The notes beneath the pieces are model-generated. The model ran no database searches and was not told the origin of the DNA. It worked only from the letters and a program-made list of their open reading frames with translations. Of a stretch of 64,000 nucleotides of DNA, positions 60,440 through 64,000 are shown piece after piece. The DNA comes from an uncultured Gemmatimonadales bacterium (lineage in GTDB: Bacteria > Gemmatimonadota > Gemmatimonadetes > Palauibacterales > Palauibacteraceae): positions 288,001 to 352,000 of the forward strand of contig CAWANJ010000002.1 in the NCBI GenBank assembly GCA_963783385.1, read 5' to 3'. A program made the translations under genes and the position numbers. Positions within the stretch are counted from its first letter, which is position 1; each line of letters begins with the position of its first letter.

Positions 60440-61270
60440 ATGAGCCGACGCAGCCACGAGCGGAAGCGCCGCGTGACCACGCGGGAGCTGGTCGCCATGA
60501 AGGAGCGCGGCGAGCGCATCGCCGTGCTCACCTGCTACGACCACCTGTTCGCCCGCCTGCTGGACGCGTCCGATGTCGACGTCGTCCTCGTCGGAGATTC
60601 GCTGGGCCAGGTGATCCTCGGCTACGACTCCACGCTCCCCGTCACCCTGGAGGCGATGATCCACCACGCCTCGGCCGTGCGGCGGGGCATCACCCGCGCG
60701 CTCATGGTGGTGGACCTGCCCTTCCTCACCTACCAGGTGAGCGACGAGGAGGCCCTGCGCAGCGCCGGCCGGGTCATGAAGGAGACCGGGGCCGAGGCCG
60801 TCAAGCTGGAGGGGGGGCACGAGGCCGCGGTCTCCCGGGTACGGGCGCTCGTGCGGGCCGGTATCCCGGTCATGGGCCACCTCGGCCTCACGCCCCAGTC
60901 CGTGCACAGCTTCGGTGGGTACGGGGTACGTGGACGGGAGCCGGAGGAGGCCACGCGGCTGCGCCAGGAGGCGGCGGCGCTCGAGGAGGCTGGCTGCTTC
61001 GCCATCGTCCTCGAGCTCATGCCGACCGAGCTGGCCCGGACGGTGAGCGAGGCCCTCCAGATCCCGACGATTGGCATCGGCGCGGGTCCGGGCTGCGACG
61101 GCCAGGTGCTGGTGCTTCCGGACATGCTGGGGCTCAACGAGGGGTTCGAGCCGAAGTTCCTCCGCCGGTTCGGCGCGCTCGGATCCGCGGTCCACGAGGC
61201 GGTTGACGCCTACGTGGAGGCGGTACGCGAGGGGACGTATCCGGATGCTTCGGAGAGCTATGACGGGTGA
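60440..61270 (+). CDS. panB: 3-methyl-2-oxobutanoate hydroxymethyltransferase
   Basis: LTCYD, LVGDSLG, VKLEGG, GHLGLTPQS and IGIGAGPGCDGQVLV. Confidence 0.96.
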   Translation: MSRRSHERKRRVTTRELVAMKERGERIAVLTCYDHLFARLLDASDVDVVLVGDSLGQVILGYDSTLPVTLEAMIHHASAVRRGITRALMVVDLPFLTYQVSDEEALRSAGRVMKETGAEAVKLEGGHEAAVSRVRALVRAGIPVMGHLGLTPQSVHSFGGYGVRGREPEEATRLRQEAAALEEAGCFAIVLELMPTELARTVSEALQIPTIGIGAGPGCDGQVLVLPDMLGLNEGFEPKFLRRFGALGSAVHEAVDAYVEAVREGTYPDASESYDG

Positions 61271-62231
61271 CGCGACGCGGTCGGTCGCCGTTTCGGGGCC
61301 GGACCCGGCCCCGGGACGGCCGGAGGCCGGTTCGCCCGCCCGCCCACGCGTGGTCCGCGACCCCGAGGAAGCCAGGGAGGTCGCCCGGGCCCTGCGAGCC
61401 GAGCGCGGCAGCCTGGCCCTCGTCCCCACCATGGGCTTCCTGCACGAGGGGCACCTGAGCCTGCTGGACCGGGCCGGCGAGCTGGCGGGCGCGGTGGCGA
61501 TCTCGGTGTTCGTCAACCCGACGCAGTTCGGCCCGGGCGAGGACTACGAGGCGTATCCGCGCGACCTGGAGCGGGACGCGCGGCTGGCCGCGCGCCGCGG
61601 GGCGGAGCTCGTGTTCGCGCCCGCGGCCGACGCCATGTACCCGGCGGGCCCTCCCGCCATCACGGTCGACCCGGGGCCGCTGGCCGACCGGCTGTGCGGC
61701 CTCAGCCGACCGGGCCACTTCCGGGGCGTGCTCACCGTCGTGCTCAAGCTGCTCCACGTCCTCGAGCCGGACGTGGCCGTGTTCGGGCTCAAGGACTTCC
61801 AGCAGTCGGTGCTCGTCCGCCGCATGACCGAGGAGCTGGACGTGCCCACCCGCATCGAGACGGCGTCCATCGTGCGGGAGGCGTCCGGCCTGGCCATGAG
61901 CTCGCGCAACAGCTACCTGTCGCCGTCCGAACGGCGGGTGGCGGAGTCGCTGTCGGCAGGCCTGCGGCGGGTGCGGGAGCGCTTCGCGGCGGGGGAGCGG
62001 GACCCCACGCTCCTGGCGTCGCTGGCCCAGGCCACCATGGACGCGGCCGGGGCCGCGGTCGAGTACGCCGAGGTGGTCGACCCGCGGGAGCTCGAAGGAG
62101 TGGAGCAGGCGTCCGCGGAGGACGTGTGCGCGGTCGCCGCGCGCGTCGGGTCGACCCGGCTCATCGACAACGCGCCGCTCGGCGGGGAGAGCAGCCTGGA
62201 CGCCCTCGGGCGTCCAGGGGCACCCGAGTGA
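61260..62231 (+). CDS. panC: Pantoate--beta-alanine ligase
   Basis: VPTMGFLHEGHLSL, FVNPTQF, RPGHFRGV, FGLKDFQQ, GLAMSSRN and RLIDN. Confidence 0.96.
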   Translation: MTGDATRSVAVSGPDPAPGRPEAGSPARPRVVRDPEEAREVARALRAERGSLALVPTMGFLHEGHLSLLDRAGELAGAVAISVFVNPTQFGPGEDYEAYPRDLERDARLAARRGAELVFAPAADAMYPAGPPAITVDPGPLADRLCGLSRPGHFRGVLTVVLKLLHVLEPDVAVFGLKDFQQSVLVRRMTEELDVPTRIETASIVREASGLAMSSRNSYLSPSERRVAESLSAGLRRVRERFAAGERDPTLLASLAQATMDAAGAAVEYAEVVDPRELEGVEQASAEDVCAVAARVGSTRLIDNAPLGGESSLDALGRPGAPE

Positions 62232-62264
62232 CACGACGATCCGATCGGAGAGCAGATAGAGACC

Positions 62265-62330
62265 ATGCGACGCACCCTGTTCAAGTCGAAGATCCACCGG
62301 GCCACCCTGACCGGGACGCCCGCCTCGTGA
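62265..62330 (+). pseudogene. panD: Aspartate 1-decarboxylase remnant (21 codons)
   Basis: Manual translation gives MRRTLFKSKIHRATLTGTPAS*. KSKIHRAT is the PanD N-terminal signature, and the ORF sits directly after panC. Confidence 0.85.
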
Positions 62331-62920
62331 CCGCCGCCCGCGCCGCCGCTCCTCACCCGCTGGTCGCGGCCGCGGGACGCGAAGGGCGCCTGCCGGAGTG
62401 GGCCCGCTGCGGAGAGAAGCGGCGGGCCCACATCGAGGGGGTGGCGGCCCTCATGTCCGAGTGGTCCGAGCGGCTGGGCCTGCCGGACCGGGAGCGCGTG
62501 CGCTGGGCGGCGGCCGCGCGGCTGCATGACGCCCTGCGTGACGCGTCGCCCGGCGAGCTCCGCCAGGAAGCGGCGCTCGACTGGCCCGCCGCCCTCCTGC
62601 ACGGCCCCGCCTGCGCGGCGCGCCTGCGGGCGGAGGGCGTGGAGGACGGGGATCTCCTGGGGGCCGTGGCCTACCACACGGTCGGGCACCCGGAGTTCGG
62701 GCGGCTCGGCGAGTACCTCTACCTGGCCGACTTCCTGGAGCCGGGACGCTCCTACCTGCCGGAGGTGCGCGAGCGGCTCCGGGCCATCCTGCCCGCGGAG
62801 CGCCTCGAGGCGCTCCTGTCCGTCGTCGGCCTCAGGCTGGCCCACCGGCTCGAGGTGCGCGGCCCGATCCGTCCCGAGACGGTGGCCCTGTGGAACCGGC
62901 TGGTGGAAGAGGCCGCGTGA
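62327..62920 (+). CDS. YqeK-like HD-domain hydrolase (putative Ap4A hydrolase)
   Basis: RRAH...V, LHD, LLHG, YHTVG and LYLADFLEPGR. Confidence 0.8.
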   Translation: MTAARAAAPHPLVAAAGREGRLPEWARCGEKRRAHIEGVAALMSEWSERLGLPDRERVRWAAAARLHDALRDASPGELRQEAALDWPAALLHGPACAARLRAEGVEDGDLLGAVAYHTVGHPEFGRLGEYLYLADFLEPGRSYLPEVRERLRAILPAERLEALLSVVGLRLAHRLEVRGPIRPETVALWNRLVEEAA

Positions 62921-63432
62921 AGGGGCGCCTGGGGACGGTCGTCACGGTGGTCGTGCTCCTCGGCGTGGGCTTCCTGCTCGGCTCCTTCTGGCTCCAGTGG
63001 CGCGGAACCCGGCTCCGGCAGCCCGGCTCGGAGGTGGAGGGCACGCCGGTCACCGTTCCGGAGGGCTTCGCTTCCCGGGCCCGGGTCGAGGTCCTCAACG
63101 GCTCGGGGGAGCCGGGCGCGGCCGAGCGCGCCGCGAGCCGCCTGCGAGCCATGGGCTTCGACGTGGTCTACTTCGGCAACGCGCCCAGCTTCGGACACGC
63201 TCGCACGCGGGTCCTGGCGCGGTCGACCAACCGCGGCGCGGCCCGCCGGGTGGCGGATTCGATCGGCCTGGACAGCGCCATCTCCCGCCCGGACACCAGC
63301 CTCTACCTGGACGCCACCATCATCCTGGGGGACGACTGGCACCACCTGCTAGAGGTGCGCGCCCGGAGCGAGAAGCCATCGGGGCGACGGGCGAGTCTGC
63401 TCGACCGCATCCTGCACGCCGTCCATCGGTGA
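62917..63432 (+). CDS. LytR C-terminal domain protein
   Basis: N-terminal TM helix, VEVLNGSGEPGAA, GFDVVYFGNA and DATIILGDD. Confidence 0.85.
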   Translation: MKGRLGTVVTVVVLLGVGFLLGSFWLQWRGTRLRQPGSEVEGTPVTVPEGFASRARVEVLNGSGEPGAAERAASRLRAMGFDVVYFGNAPSFGHARTRVLARSTNRGAARRVADSIGLDSAISRPDTSLYLDATIILGDDWHHLLEVRARSEKPSGRRASLLDRILHAVHR

Positions 63433-63448
63433 GGCCGGCTCGCGCGTC

Positions 63449-63474
63449 GGGGGCCGCCGCGCGTCGACGGCCCC
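63449..63474. terminator. Stem-loop between the convergent lytR_C and rlmN genes
   Basis: ggggccg...cggcccc inverted repeat. Confidence 0.4.
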
Positions 63475-63487
63475 CGCCAGGGGGTCC

Positions 63488-64000
63488 TCAGGATGCCGGG
63501 TCGCCGCGCTCCAGTCGGAGCTGGCCGCAGGCGGCCGCGATGTCCCGGCCGCGGGGCTCTCGCACCGCGGCGCTCACCCCGCGCCGGTGCAGGGTCCGGG
63601 CGAAGGCCTCCACCCGCTCCGGGGGGCTGGATCGCCAGGGCCGGTCGGGGATCGGGTTCCACGGGATCAGATTAATGAAGCACATGAGATCCGACGTGAT
63701 ATCCGCAAGGGAATCAGCGAGTTCTGTGCTGTCGTTGATCCCCTCGATGAGGGTGTATTCGAAGGTCACGCGACGGCCCTTCCGGTCCAGGTACTCGCGC
63801 ACCGCCTCCAGGAGCTCGGGCAGGGGGTAGCGTCGCTCGATCGGCATGAGCGCGGCCCGGAGCTCGGAGAGCGGCGCGTGCAGCGAGACCGCCAGGCCGA
63901 AGGGCTCCGGCCGACGGGCCAGCTCGAGGATCCCGGGCACGAGGCCCACCGTCGACACGGTGATGCGTCGAGCGCCCACGCCGAAGCCCTCGTGCAGGAC
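63488..64000 (-). CDS. rlmN: 23S rRNA m2A2503 / tRNA methyltransferase RlmN (5' part outside the window)
   Basis: ITVSTVG, LAVSLHA, RVTFEY, INLIPWN and RGRDIAAACGQL. Confidence 0.92.
   Translation of the reverse strand, partial: VLHEGFGVGARRITVSTVGLVPGILELARRPEPFGLAVSLHAPLSELRAALMPIERRYPLPELLEAVREYLDRKGRRVTFEYTLIEGINDSTELADSLADITSDLMCFINLIPWNPIPDRPWRSSPPERVEAFARTLHRRGVSAAVREPRGRDIAAACGQLRLERGDPAS

Noticed and set aside
62265-62330. Split panD with a separately encoded beta chain
   Set aside because: The pyruvoyl group forms only by self-cleavage of the proenzyme, and the ORF stops matching PanD before Gly24-Ser25.
1-64000. CRISPR arrays, tRNA/rRNA genes, IS elements, prophage or defence systems
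   Set aside because: By eye I found no regularly spaced repeats, cloverleaf or rRNA signatures, transposase, integrase, phage or defence motifs. A covariance-model search could still reveal small RNAs or riboswitches.

Overview
A very GC-rich bacterial chromosomal segment, roughly 70-75% GC by eye. Gene repertoire and gene order suggest Gemmatimonadota (inference only). The left ~31 kb is accessory and secreted-protein rich: a carboxypeptidase-regulatory-domain protein, GNATs, a polysaccharide deacetylase, DUF4242, an exported MsrA, tricorn/S41, M16, S9 and twin aspartyl proteases, an amidase, an HhH-GPD glycosylase and a SmtB-ZntA metal efflux pair, followed by asnS, gltA and mazG. The right ~33 kb is core metabolism: alr-cdd-lipoprotein-OM barrel-miaB-lapA-comEC-fbp, then truA-htrA-purBCSQLF-5'-nucleotidase-add, then trpD / lexA / trpCFBA, rqcH (NFACT), panB-panC-(panD remnant)-yqeK-lytR_C and a partial rlmN. 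I saw no rRNA, tRNA, CRISPR array, transposase, integrase or phage gene. About a dozen single-base indels break otherwise intact genes, including purS, trpA and truA, and they look like assembly-consensus artefacts. I found no clear new multi-gene system. The most interesting signals are regulatory or structural: tandem CCGAA-N6-CCGAA candidate LexA boxes at a lexA gene sitting inside the trp cluster, a 21-codon panD remnant that keeps translational coupling to yqeK, and a recurring TTGnnn-N17/18-TAGCTT-N6-start leaderless promoter architecture.
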